Virus record (IMG/VR): IMGVR_UViG_3300025603_000009 | Location: 18,586 to 82,585 of that record | Direction: 5' to 3' (one strand) | DNA: 64,000 nt | Source: a virus | Shown: one piece after another, positions 1 through 10,016 of the stretch | Position numbering within the stretch: position 1 is the stretch's first letter | Layout of the letters: every line of letters starts with the position of its first letter | The notes under the pieces: model-generated | What the model was told of the DNA's origin: nothing | Database searches by the model: none | Seen by the model: the letters and a program-made list of their open reading frames with translations, nothing else | Made by a program: the position numbers and the translations under genes

Positions 1-3000
1 CAACAGCTTCTGTAGTATTAGTTCCTAATTTTTCTACAGTTTTTTCCGCTTTTTGTCGTTTTTCTTCTGTAGTATTGATTTTATTATCTGTACTTGAATC
101 TTGTTCAAGTTCTTCTAATAATTCATTAGCTTCTTTTAATTCTTTTTCTTTTTGTGTTAAATTATCATTTAACGTTTTAAGTTTTTCTTTAGAATCAGCT
201 GCAATCTTTTCTTCTTCTTTCTCTTTCTTTTCTTCTTCTTTTCTCTTTTTTTCTTCTTCTTTTTCTACAGTTTCCTCTACAACTTCTTCTTCTACAACCA
301 CTTCTTTTACAGTTTCTTCTTCTACTACCTTTTCTACAACTTCTTCTACAGTTTTTTCTGCAGTTTCTTCTTCAAAATTTAATTCAGTTTGATTATCATC
401 TTTTTCTTTATTAGGTGGTTTAACAGGAGTTGTTTTTGCTTTTTCAACTTCTTTTGTAGTTTCTTGAACAGCTTCAACTACAACTTCTTCGGCAACTGGT
501 GTAGGTATTGTAGTTAAATCTAAAGTAATAGACATAGGATCAGCAACATCTTCTTGTTTTATTCCCGGTACACCTTTAACATCAAATTTAATTACAGGTT
601 GTAATGTATAAGCATAATTACCATTAGGTAATTTTATAGACATTAAATTAGTTACTGTATTAAGTTTAATGTGGTCTGTGTATGTATTTTGTACACTTGA
701 TACTTTACCGTCTGAACTAATATAAGGTACAACATATTTAGTTGTACCTAATTTAGCTATATCAAATCTTGTATAATGTTCTTTAATATGAGCTTTAAAA
801 ACAGCCATAGTTGTTTCTGCCGCTTTAGTAGTCATACCTTTATAAAAACCAAGTTTACCTCCAGCACCTTTACCACGTGTAAAATCAAGACTGTTTGTTT
901 TTGTATTAACATCTAAAAGATGAATAATACTATCAACTTTTTCTGCGATTTCATTAATATCAGAACCTACACTATGAACAAATAAACCAATATAAGATTT
1001 AAGTCCGTTTGTAGTAAGTATATTGTATCCATAATTATCTAATTCTTTAGTTAAATCAGAAGGAACACCATCTATCCACGCCTGAACTGCTTGAACTATA
1101 CTTTCAGATGCTTGTTCACTAATTTTTTCTTTCTGTAATGGAACAGGCAAGTACATAGTTTCTCCATCTTTTTTACCTACAGGTAAAAGAGCATAAGTAT
1201 AACCTTCTCTTCTATTAGATGCTTTACCAATTACTTTACCTTTAAATTTACGACCTTTTCCAGTCATTAAAAAACCTTGTTTAGATATAGCAAATCCAAG
1301 ATTTTCATCAGGAAATCTTTTAGCAACACTTTCAATTTTATTTTTTGATGCTTGTATTAATTGTCCGTAACTTTTTTGAGTAACTTCTGTTTCAAAAGAA
1401 CCTTTATCCATTACATGATTACGAATACGTTGTAAAATTTCTTTTTGTTTACTAACTTCACCTAATACATTTTCTGTTTTTATCCAAGCTACATCATGCA
1501 CATATGCTACAAGTTGTCCATCAGCCCAAATACCGATAGGTACTAAACTATTTTCTCGTAAATTTTCATCTTTTTCACGTTGACGCAAACTATCATAAGA
1601 TACAATATCTCCATTATCATACGTTTTAAGAAAACTTGTAGCAGGTCTTAATGTAATTTTAGTACCAGGTTGATATTTATTAATATCAAGTATAGTTGGA
1701 TCAATTAAACCATCATTAAGAAAATCATCAATATCTTGTTTTTTAACATATACACTATCTTGAACTGCACTTATAACTTTTTCATACGCCCGTGAAAGAT
1801 ACGCAAAGTTATTAAACCCTTGTCTAGTTCTTAATCCATCATATACAACACCACCATTATCTCCCATATCAAGTGCATGAACAATTGCATGAGTTAATAA
1901 ATCAGCAGCCATTTTAGTTTCTTCTCGCACTAATCGTTCGTCACCTTTAGAATAAAATTCATCACCAACAGGACGACGATTAATTTTAGCTTGTAATGAT
2001 GCTACTTTTTCTTGTTCGCCATCATTAAGAAACACATCTTCAAAAGTTAATTCAGTTTGTACTGTAGTATCAGCAAGAGCATTAAATAAATTTTTAAATC
2101 TTGGAAAGATATTAATCATTTTATCTGTACCTACAACACTTGAAATATATTTACTAATAGCTGCAAAATCATTTATATCATAACCAATCTTTTCAAGATT
2201 ATCTACCATTTCTGCCATTTTACTTAAAGCAGCAGCATTTTTAGTCCAGTTATTAGCTTTTGATTTTGCACTATTATCTCCACTAGAAATAGCAAGATCG
2301 ACTTTACTGCCATCATCTTCGCTTTCATCATCAGAAAGAATATTACCTAATTCTTCAGCAGCTTTTCTTGCAGTTTCTTCTGCTTGATTATTATTTTTAA
2401 GTATTTTATTTTTTTCTTTTTTAGCCCAATTAACAACTTGCTGTTCAGTTTTAGTTAATTTTTTACCAGACCTAGATTGAGTATTAATAATATGATTTAA
2501 AAATTGTAATTTTGTATCTAAATCTGTATACTTATTATACTCAGCTTTAATTTTTGCTAATACTTGACCTGTAACATCAGAAGCAGCTTGAGCCGCATCT
2601 TTTTCTTTTTTGGCTTTTTCACGTTTTTTACGATTAGTATCTTCTTGTGCTTTACGTTCTTCTTCTGCTTTCTTTATATCTTTATCAGAAGGGGGTTTAG
2701 CATTTGGGTCATTTGCTTCAGCAGCAGCTTTTTTAGCATTTTTATCAGCTTCTCTTTTTGCTGCTTCGTCTGCATTTTTATTTTTATTTGCAGCGTTTTT
2801 ACTTTTATTTTTAACTTTTTCTTCTGCTGCTTTTTTCTTTTTATCTGCGGCAACTTGTCTTTTATCTTTTTTAAGTTTCTTTTTAGCGTCTTTTAACTCT
2901 TGTTTAAGTTCATCTTGTTTTTCATCTGAAATAAGAGTAGCGTAATCTTTATCAATTTCGGTTACTTTTTCAGTTGATGATGTAACAAACGTATTAAGTG

Positions 3001-4960
3001 CTTTATAATCTTCTACAGCAGCCGCAGAAGTTTCAGTCATTTTATCTTGAAGTATTTTAATTCTAGTTTTTCCTTCTTCATTAACACCTGTTAAATCAGG
3101 ATTTAACAAAGATTGCAAACTTGTATCAATAGTTTCTCTACGAACAACTTCACCATCAGGACCAACAACATCATAAAAAGTTTTTAATTCTGGTTTACCC
3201 TGAAGAATAGCTTGAAATCTTTTATTAATTTTTGCTTCAACTTCTGTACGTTCTGTTGTAGCTTCATCTATATATTTTTCTGCTTGTGTAATTTTTGCAC
3301 GATTAAAATATACTTCTCTACTATTTACAAACTCTTGTGCATTTATATATGCAGACTCTAATTGTTCAATACGTTGAATTGCAGCATCTGCACGTTTTGT
3401 ATGTGAAAGTTTAGCAGGACCGTTTTCACCTTTAGTATAACCTTTTGCCGTAGCTTCTTCTTCAGTCATTGATTTAAATGCTGTATAAGCCTCAATAAGT
3501 TGCTCTGTTGTACCGTTTTCAAAGGCAGTTAAAGATTGAGCTTCAAGTAATTTTTCAGTTAACGCTTCAGCTTTAGAATCATCACCGTTTACTCTAGCTT
3601 CTTCTATTTGACTATATAACAACATTGCATCTCTTGTAGAAAGAAATGCGTCAGTAGCATTAGGAATATTTTCAGTTTCACTAAATTCTTTTAATTTTTT
3701 AAGTTCTTCTTGTTGTCTAGTATAACGTTCTTTATCTTTTTTAGCTAAAGAAACTCTTTGCCCATTTTCATCTTTTTTACCAGAAATTTTACTATTACGA
3801 TAAGCAGCAGACAACATAGTTTGTCCACCTCCACCCATAGCACCAAGTAAACCAGCTTCAAACCCTTCAAGAGAAGCCATATCATCAAAAGCATTACTTA
3901 ATCCATAATCTTCACCATATGAATCAGCAAGTGCAGCATTTTCTGCAATCATATTAATATCTTCTTCTAAATACTCTTGTGCTGATTCGTAACCTACTTT
4001 TTTAAGTGTATTTTTTTTAGTTATATCTTTTAGTACCTGACGTGTCATATGAGGTACTTTCATAAACATTCCTGCACTAGTCATATTAAGTGCAATGTTT
4101 AATCTGTTTATATTAACTGATTGTGATGCGTGTAAAGCAGCTTTTTGTTTAGCATATTCAACTTGCGGCATACCCATTTCAGGATTCCATTCTTCAAAAG
4201 CATTAGAATAAACTTGATTGTATACACCCGTTGCAACACCTATACTTTCTGCTTGATTTAATATAGCAGAATTTAAAAATCGGCTTGTAATTTGTTCTGC
4301 TTTTAAAGCGGCATTACTACTACCTCTTGCACCTTTTTCTAAACCTCTTATCCATTTAAGAGCATTAACGCCTTTACCAACTTCGGCAAGTGTTAAAGGT
4401 CCAGTTATAGCACCCGTAAGAACAAATGCACCTGCACTTTCTACAATAGAACTACCATTTTCTGCCCACCATGCAAAATCTCCTACATCTAAAGTTTTAC
4501 CAGGATTATCACGATAAATATTAAATGTTTTATCTAAACCACGTTTTTTATAATCAAGCCAATTTGTTAACGCATTTCCTACTTCATCATCTTGATTAAA
4601 ATAATCTTCTATATCTAACATAGAAGCTAAATTACCAACAGTTGTTAATCCAACTTTACTTACTATACGACCTAAAGCATTACCAGCTTGTTGCCAATTA
4701 CTTTGATTAGCTGCTCTTAAACTATTTAATTTAGTTTTGCCATGTTCAGGACGAAATGATACCATATAATCTTCATAGTTATCACGACCATGATTATAAT
4801 TAACAGGGTCAGGAATACTTGAATTTCTACTAGCATTATTAAATACGTCCATAATACTTCCACCACTTTTAAAAGGTGATGAATTTTTCATACCTCTATT
4901 GTTATTAACAACATCACTAGGTGAAACAGTACGATTAAATAAATCTATTGGATTAGCCAT
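1..4960 (-). CDS. Giant virion cargo protein (>=1650 aa, 3' end outside window); candidate virion RNA polymerase or associated protein
   Basis: Missing from the ORF track because no stop lies in the window. ATG at 4960 overlaps the upstream TAA (TAATG). It begins MANPIDLFNRTVSPS...; the frame was spot-checked open at about 2700, 250 and 2-40. Its position after two cargo genes matches the crAss-like RNAP/cargo locus. I did not notice a catalytic motif in the parts read. Confidence 0.75.
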   Translation of the reverse strand, partial: MANPIDLFNRTVSPSDVVNNNRGMKNSSPFKSGGSIMDVFNNASRNSSIPDPVNYNHGRDNYEDYMVSFRPEHGKTKLNSLRAANQSNWQQAGNALGRIVSKVGLTTVGNLASMLDIEDYFNQDDEVGNALTNWLDYKKRGLDKTFNIYRDNPGKTLDVGDFAWWAENGSSIVESAGAFVLTGAITGPLTLAEVGKGVNALKWIRGLEKGARGSSNAALKAEQITSRFLNSAILNQAESIGVATGVYNQVYSNAFEEWNPEMGMPQVEYAKQKAALHASQSVNINRLNIALNMTSAGMFMKVPHMTRQVLKDITKKNTLKKVGYESAQEYLEEDINMIAENAALADSYGEDYGLSNAFDDMASLEGFEAGLLGAMGGGGQTMLSAAYRNSKISGKKDENGQRVSLAKKDKERYTRQQEELKKLKEFSETENIPNATDAFLSTRDAMLLYSQIEEARVNGDDSKAEALTEKLLEAQSLTAFENGTTEQLIEAYTAFKSMTEEEATAKGYTKGENGPAKLSHTKRADAAIQRIEQLESAYINAQEFVNSREVYFNRAKITQAEKYIDEATTERTEVEAKINKRFQAILQGKPELKTFYDVVGPDGEVVRRETIDTSLQSLLNPDLTGVNEEGKTRIKILQDKMTETSAAAVEDYKALNTFVTSSTEKVTEIDKDYATLISDEKQDELKQELKDAKKKLKKDKRQVAADKKKKAAEEKVKNKSKNAANKNKNADEAAKREADKNAKKAAAEANDPNAKPPSDKDIKKAEEERKAQEDTNRKKREKAKKEKDAAQAASDVTGQVLAKIKAEYNKYTDLDTKLQFLNHIINTQSRSGKKLTKTEQQVVNWAKKEKNKILKNNNQAEETARKAAEELGNILSDDESEDDGSKVDLAISSGDNSAKSKANNWTKNAAALSKMAEMVDNLEKIGYDINDFAAISKYISSVVGTDKMINIFPRFKNLFNALADTTVQTELTFEDVFLNDGEQEKVASLQAKINRRPVGDEFYSKGDERLVREETKMAADLLTHAIVHALDMGDNGGVVYDGLRTRQGFNNFAYLSRAYEKVISAVQDSVYVKKQDIDDFLNDGLIDPTILDINKYQPGTKITLRPATSFLKTYDNGDIVSYDSLRQREKDENLRENSLVPIGIWADGQLVAYVHDVAWIKTENVLGEVSKQKEILQRIRNHVMDKGSFETEVTQKSYGQLIQASKNKIESVAKRFPDENLGFAISKQGFLMTGKGRKFKGKVIGKASNRREGYTYALLPVGKKDGETMYLPVPLQKEKISEQASESIVQAVQAWIDGVPSDLTKELDNYGYNILTTNGLKSYIGLFVHSVGSDINEIAEKVDSIIHLLDVNTKTNSLDFTRGKGAGGKLGFYKGMTTKAAETTMAVFKAHIKEHYTRFDIAKLGTTKYVVPYISSDGKVSSVQNTYTDHIKLNTVTNLMSIKLPNGNYAYTLQPVIKFDVKGVPGIKQEDVADPMSITLDLTTIPTPVAEEVVVEAVQETTKEVEKAKTTPVKPPNKEKDDNQTELNFEEETAEKTVEEVVEKVVEEETVKEVVVEEEVVEETVEKEEEKKRKEEEKKEKEEEKIAADSKEKLKTLNDNLTQKEKELKEANELLEELEQDSSTDNKINTTEEKRQKAEKTVEKLGTNTTEAV

Positions 4961-7767
4961 TATTTATTGTAATTTTCTACGTGTACGTGTTTATGAGGGG
5001 CATTAACACTATCATGTATTAAATAACGCAAGCCCATTAATTGTGTATTATCACCACCCACTGTTAAAATTCTCCATCCAGGTGCATTAACATCTTCTAT
5101 AGAATTAGCTTCTAAATTAGTTTGTAAATCAGGCGTTAATTTTAAATCCATAGCATTTCCTATACTATGTTCACCACCACTATAAGCAAGATTGCCCATA
5201 CTCCGTGATAAAGATACCGCTGATGTATTAACAGGAAGTATATTATTTAACACATATAATTTTCTAGCAAAATCGGCTTTAAATTTAAAACCAGTTAATA
5301 AACTTTCACTAATTTGAGTTTCATCTATATTTATATTACTAAACGTATCGTCAGTCATAGGTACAAATACCGCATCTCTAGCAAGAGCTTCTAAACCATT
5401 TTGAAAAGATAATAAACTGCTATTAGGCACAGATTTTTCTCCAGTTTGTTTATCAATTATACTATAAGATGTTTCACCACGTTCATTAGTTTCTCTATAT
5501 GCATCTACAGATGTAACACCACCAAAACCATCATCTCCAACTATAAATTCAGTTGTTAAATTAGTATTTGGTTTTTGTTTAGTGTAATAAAAAGGGGCTA
5601 ATTGTTGTTCTGTATTATCATCTACAATTTGATACGCATAATCAACAACATTACCATATTTTTCAATTGCAACATTTCCTTTATCTGTATAATAATTAGA
5701 AAGTAATTCATTAAAGATTTTTCCTGAAACACCAGAATTTACTGTACCAAATTTTGTAGGTACAACATAAACATTACCTTCTTTACCTTTATCATTACTG
5801 TTTGTTCTATCTTTTACATTAAATTTTCCTGCTAGTAAAAAACCTTTACCGCCAGGAACCCATGTAGTAGAACCGTGTACACTAAAACTTGCATTAGCTG
5901 CTTCAGGTGTAGTACCCGAAACTTTTAAAAATTCATCATATGTTAAACTGTTACCTTCGTAAATATATGTGTATTCTTGAGGTTTATTATTTACCCATGC
6001 ACTTAAAGTTTTACTAATAGTGCTTTCTTTACCTTCTTTATCTACACTAAAATCTATTACAGTTGGTTGATGTTCATATTGACTCCTAGTAGCAAAATAT
6101 TCATCACTGTATTCTTCATTATTAACTTTATGATATGCACTTACTATAGGTTTTAAATCTTCTAGTGTTTCTCTAAGTCGGGCTAATTTATCACCATCAA
6201 AATCTCCACTAAACGCTCCTTTAAGATAACTAGGTCCAAACACACCATGATTTTTTAAATGGTGATTAGTGCTAATTATTCTACCTAAAAAAACCTGATC
6301 ACGCGAGTCACGAAGTTTTCTTTTTGCTACTTCACTTAATACAGGTGCATAATTTAAATTATCAAGTGTTATTTGTGCGTTAGCGGGGTCAGAATTTGCT
6401 AAAGCAGGATTTGTATCAACATTAAGTAAATCATCAGCCATGTTTATACTAACATCGTCGTACCTGTTAAGAGTTTCATTAAATATATCTTTTTTATACA
6501 CAGAATCATCAGAACTCACAATTTCATGTTCTAAATTAGTCAATTGCATATCTTGTATTAGATATGGGTCTATAGGGTCACCATTTTTATCTGTAGGATT
6601 TCTTAAATAATCATAATAATCTTGACCACGAATTTTAGTCATATTATTTAATTTAGCTTGTTCAAGAAGTATACTAGAAGCATATTTTTGAGCTTCTATT
6701 TCTGCATCTGCTCTTTCACGATCTGTTGCATTTGGGTCTACAGAAGTTGTATATGCTTCATTATGTGACTTAGTATATGAACCTATTAAATCTTCTTGTG
6801 TAGAATACATTTCATCATATTCTACACTAGTAGGTGGAAGTCCAGCAGGATTAGTAATAGCTTCTCCAATTGTATAACCTAAATAAGCAGATTTTGTTGA
6901 TAGTTCTTGTTCAGACGTTTTTCGTGCTTTAGTAGCTTCCGCTCGATTTAAACGTTCTAAATCACTAATATATGCTGCATCTTCTACTTTAAAAACCTTC
7001 ATTAAACCAACATCCATTAAACTTTGTTTAATGTTAGCTTCAGCCCATACAATAGGTTCGCCTTTGGAAGTATACGTACCGTCTAATTCAACTATTTTTT
7101 TGCGCTCTTGTTGACCTTCAGGAGTTTGCATATAACGTTTATACGCATAATCATTTAAATTTTTAATTTTAGTTGCACTTATTTGAGTAATTTGATTGTT
7201 TTTAATTAAAGCAAATTCTTCTTCAGTAATTAAACCTTGTGCAACTGCATCTTCTTGAATAATTCCCCAAATATCTTGTTTACGTTTGTCGTAATCTAAT
7301 CTAGGTTGAACATCAGATTGGTAAGTTTGTATATTACCTTCATCATTATATGTAGCAAATTTATCAGGATCGTTAAATACTAAAGTATCTAAACCTTGAG
7401 ATTTCATTTCACGAATAAGTTCACGATCTTTATTAATAGCGGCTTTATTTTTTACTGCGGCATTTAATCCCTCATTTGTAGCTAAATTTTTACTAGCAAA
7501 TCTAATTTCTGGTGTTAAACTTTCGTAATCTCCAGTTTTAGACATTTTGTTAATTTGTTCATTTAGAACATGAATAGCCTCGTCTTTAAGATTTTGATCA
7601 TTTTCGCTTACATCTAAATTTGCAGCTAATACTTCTATAGTATCTATAGCTTGTAAATTATCGTCATAACGATTTTGAAGAACTCCCATTGTTTCATCAA
7701 TTTGTTCAGTAGGCATACCAGCGTATGTACTTTTAGGAGTTGCGTATGATAGTTTACTATAAGGCAT
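4960..7767 (-). CDS. Virion cargo/ejected protein with C-terminal peptidase M15-like Zn peptidoglycan hydrolase domain
   Basis: 935 aa. C-terminal HSIGNAMD (H-x6-D) and HKHVHVE (HxH) motifs; synteny. Confidence 0.65.
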   Translation of the reverse strand: MPYSKLSYATPKSTYAGMPTEQIDETMGVLQNRYDDNLQAIDTIEVLAANLDVSENDQNLKDEAIHVLNEQINKMSKTGDYESLTPEIRFASKNLATNEGLNAAVKNKAAINKDRELIREMKSQGLDTLVFNDPDKFATYNDEGNIQTYQSDVQPRLDYDKRKQDIWGIIQEDAVAQGLITEEEFALIKNNQITQISATKIKNLNDYAYKRYMQTPEGQQERKKIVELDGTYTSKGEPIVWAEANIKQSLMDVGLMKVFKVEDAAYISDLERLNRAEATKARKTSEQELSTKSAYLGYTIGEAITNPAGLPPTSVEYDEMYSTQEDLIGSYTKSHNEAYTTSVDPNATDRERADAEIEAQKYASSILLEQAKLNNMTKIRGQDYYDYLRNPTDKNGDPIDPYLIQDMQLTNLEHEIVSSDDSVYKKDIFNETLNRYDDVSINMADDLLNVDTNPALANSDPANAQITLDNLNYAPVLSEVAKRKLRDSRDQVFLGRIISTNHHLKNHGVFGPSYLKGAFSGDFDGDKLARLRETLEDLKPIVSAYHKVNNEEYSDEYFATRSQYEHQPTVIDFSVDKEGKESTISKTLSAWVNNKPQEYTYIYEGNSLTYDEFLKVSGTTPEAANASFSVHGSTTWVPGGKGFLLAGKFNVKDRTNSNDKGKEGNVYVVPTKFGTVNSGVSGKIFNELLSNYYTDKGNVAIEKYGNVVDYAYQIVDDNTEQQLAPFYYTKQKPNTNLTTEFIVGDDGFGGVTSVDAYRETNERGETSYSIIDKQTGEKSVPNSSLLSFQNGLEALARDAVFVPMTDDTFSNINIDETQISESLLTGFKFKADFARKLYVLNNILPVNTSAVSLSRSMGNLAYSGGEHSIGNAMDLKLTPDLQTNLEANSIEDVNAPGWRILTVGGDNTQLMGLRYLIHDSVNAPHKHVHVENYNK

Positions 7768-7787
7768 ATTAATGTTTTTATAACGAG

Positions 7788-7815
7788 AAAAGCCCTACAC
7801 TGTATAGTGTAGAGC
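7788..7815 (-). terminator. Possible intrinsic terminator/hairpin
   Basis: ctacact-gtat-agtgtag stem with a short A tract on its left. Confidence 0.4.
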
Positions 7816-7847
7816 ATTAATATTTTTTACGTAAATAGCAATAGTAT

Positions 7848-10013
7848 TTACGTAGATTGTTCTTGATTTTTTATAAATTCTTTTAACCACGGTGTAGCTT
7901 TTCTATCCCAAACACCGCTATCACGGTATTTAATCATTATCATTTCAATAGTTTGCCTATCAAGAATACGTTGATTATTATCAATACGCGCAGCAGTTAA
8001 ATCTTCTGACATATTAGCATAATTCTCCGATTTTCTTCCTTGTATAGCATCGGGTCTTACAACCAAACTATTAGTTCTAAAATCGTTTATTGTATCTGTA
8101 TTCTTATTTATAACAGTCTGAGCATTTATCATATTACGCTCTTTTTGTTGTTGTTCAGCTCTATTTACTTGACCTTCAAGATCAGTTTGTCCTTTTATTG
8201 TGGCAGCAAGGTTAGCGGCAATTCTATTAGATTGCGCACTAGAAGACCCACCTGCATTTCTAGTAGCTTTATTAGCCGACTTTTGTGCAGATAGCATATT
8301 ATTTCTAATATCTGATGTATTAATATCACCAGATGTAGGAACAACTTTTGCTAATTCAGGAGTAGGAAATTTTGGAGTATTATTTGTAAGCGTTCTATTA
8401 AGAATATTATCACTAAATCTACCAGCCATTTCAGAAATACGATCAAAATTTATATTTTTTGCTGCATTCTCTGTAGGTGTAGTAGTTTTAGTTGTAGGTA
8501 ATTTTAAGCTTTTATCTAAGTTATTATCTAAAATTGTAGGTCCAATTTTTTCCATCTTTTTCATGGATTCTTCAGGTTTTTTACCAGGAACTAATCCACT
8601 AGTTTTAGCAAAATCTTTTCGTAGTATCTCTAAAACTTCGTCTGAAATAATACCATCTTCAGACACTGCATACGGTACATTATCTTGTTTTGCTTTATAT
8701 GGAGCATTTGTAGAAGCATCAGTATTATACTCCTTTTTAAATCTACGCATAGATGGACTCATTGACAATCCACTAATTTTAGCAAGATCTTCACGAGTTC
8801 TTGTTAATGATTCTGCAGACATAATACTATTATCTTGTGTAGCAGTAGGACCAGCCGTAGATGTTTTATAAGGTGCAGGGTCTTTAGTTTTTGTTTTATT
8901 TGGTAATTTTCCTAAACCACTTATTTTATTATACGCCCTACTTATCTCTTTAAAATCAAAATCACTATATATACTATCATCAGAAGAAGCGGGCGCACCT
9001 CTTGCTACATCAATATTATCTTGTCTAAATGGTATTCCATTGTCATTAGGCGAATCAAAACCTTCTAATCCACGAAGTAAACCATAAACAATATCGTCTT
9101 TTCCATCTTTATTATTTCCGTAAGCATACTTAGGTACACGTGTACCATAAGCACCCATAGGTGTAGCCATTTGTCCTTGTTGCGGTTGTTGTTCATTAGC
9201 ACCCATAGGTGCTTGTTGAGGTGCTTGTGGACTTTGTTGACCTTGTTGTTCTCCAGGATTACTTACACCTTCTTGCTGTTTAACCATTTCTTGCATCTGA
9301 AAAAGTTCCTCCATAGGATTTTTCATATTCTCTGCAATATGCTTACCAGAATTTATTTTATGTACATCACCTGAAGTCATATATTCTTTAGACTCCTTTT
9401 CTTCTTTTTTAAACTTAATATAAGCTGGAGATTTAGCTACTTCTGCAGCTGCATCAGCAAATGTTACACCATTAGGTAAAGTAAGTCTTGTACTAAATAC
9501 TTTATCTTCAACTACTACTTCTTTATCTTCAACTTCTACAGCAGGATTACCACTAGGATCGGATAATGTAACACCTGATCTACCATCATTATTTGTATCT
9601 TGTTCATGAGTATCTCCCACAATACGTTGCGCACCATTACCTTCAGGCACCATTTTACCACCCATAGCACCACCCATCCCCATAGTAGGAATTTTAGCAC
9701 CGTATTTAGCATAATAAGACGCACCATTAAACCCTCTTGTAGGATAATTATTTATGATTTGCCTAGACATCATTTCTTCATTTTCTAAACGCATACGTTC
9801 AGCTTCAGCTTCAACACGCATACGTTCTTGTTCTTGAGCTTTCGCATCAAAAATACTACCAATACCACCCGCTAAAAAACCAATACCTGCACCAATAGCG
9901 GCACCTTTTTTTCCAGGGGCTATAGCATTACCAACTTCAGCACCTGTACCTACACCACCCATAGCACCACTAAAGAAACTACCACCATAACTACGTTTAG
10001 GAACTGCATACAT
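7848..10013 (-). CDS. Virion cargo/ejection protein 1 (membrane-inserting)
   Basis: Gly/Ala-rich hydrophobic N-terminus; GDTHEQ...GV...VEVE...VFS motif typical of crAss-like ejected proteins; Q-rich linker; lies right after the tail stabilisation gene. Confidence 0.6.
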   Translation of the reverse strand: MYAVPKRSYGGSFFSGAMGGVGTGAEVGNAIAPGKKGAAIGAGIGFLAGGIGSIFDAKAQEQERMRVEAEAERMRLENEEMMSRQIINNYPTRGFNGASYYAKYGAKIPTMGMGGAMGGKMVPEGNGAQRIVGDTHEQDTNNDGRSGVTLSDPSGNPAVEVEDKEVVVEDKVFSTRLTLPNGVTFADAAAEVAKSPAYIKFKKEEKESKEYMTSGDVHKINSGKHIAENMKNPMEELFQMQEMVKQQEGVSNPGEQQGQQSPQAPQQAPMGANEQQPQQGQMATPMGAYGTRVPKYAYGNNKDGKDDIVYGLLRGLEGFDSPNDNGIPFRQDNIDVARGAPASSDDSIYSDFDFKEISRAYNKISGLGKLPNKTKTKDPAPYKTSTAGPTATQDNSIMSAESLTRTREDLAKISGLSMSPSMRRFKKEYNTDASTNAPYKAKQDNVPYAVSEDGIISDEVLEILRKDFAKTSGLVPGKKPEESMKKMEKIGPTILDNNLDKSLKLPTTKTTTPTENAAKNINFDRISEMAGRFSDNILNRTLTNNTPKFPTPELAKVVPTSGDINTSDIRNNMLSAQKSANKATRNAGGSSSAQSNRIAANLAATIKGQTDLEGQVNRAEQQQKERNMINAQTVINKNTDTINDFRTNSLVVRPDAIQGRKSENYANMSEDLTAARIDNNQRILDRQTIEMIMIKYRDSGVWDRKATPWLKEFIKNQEQST

Positions 10014-10016
10014 ATT

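Noticed and set aside
75-2945. Plus-strand Ser/Phe-rich ORFs (75-392, 2564-2896, 2610-2945)
   Set aside because: Antisense shadows of Glu/Lys/Ala-rich stretches in the giant minus-strand ORF
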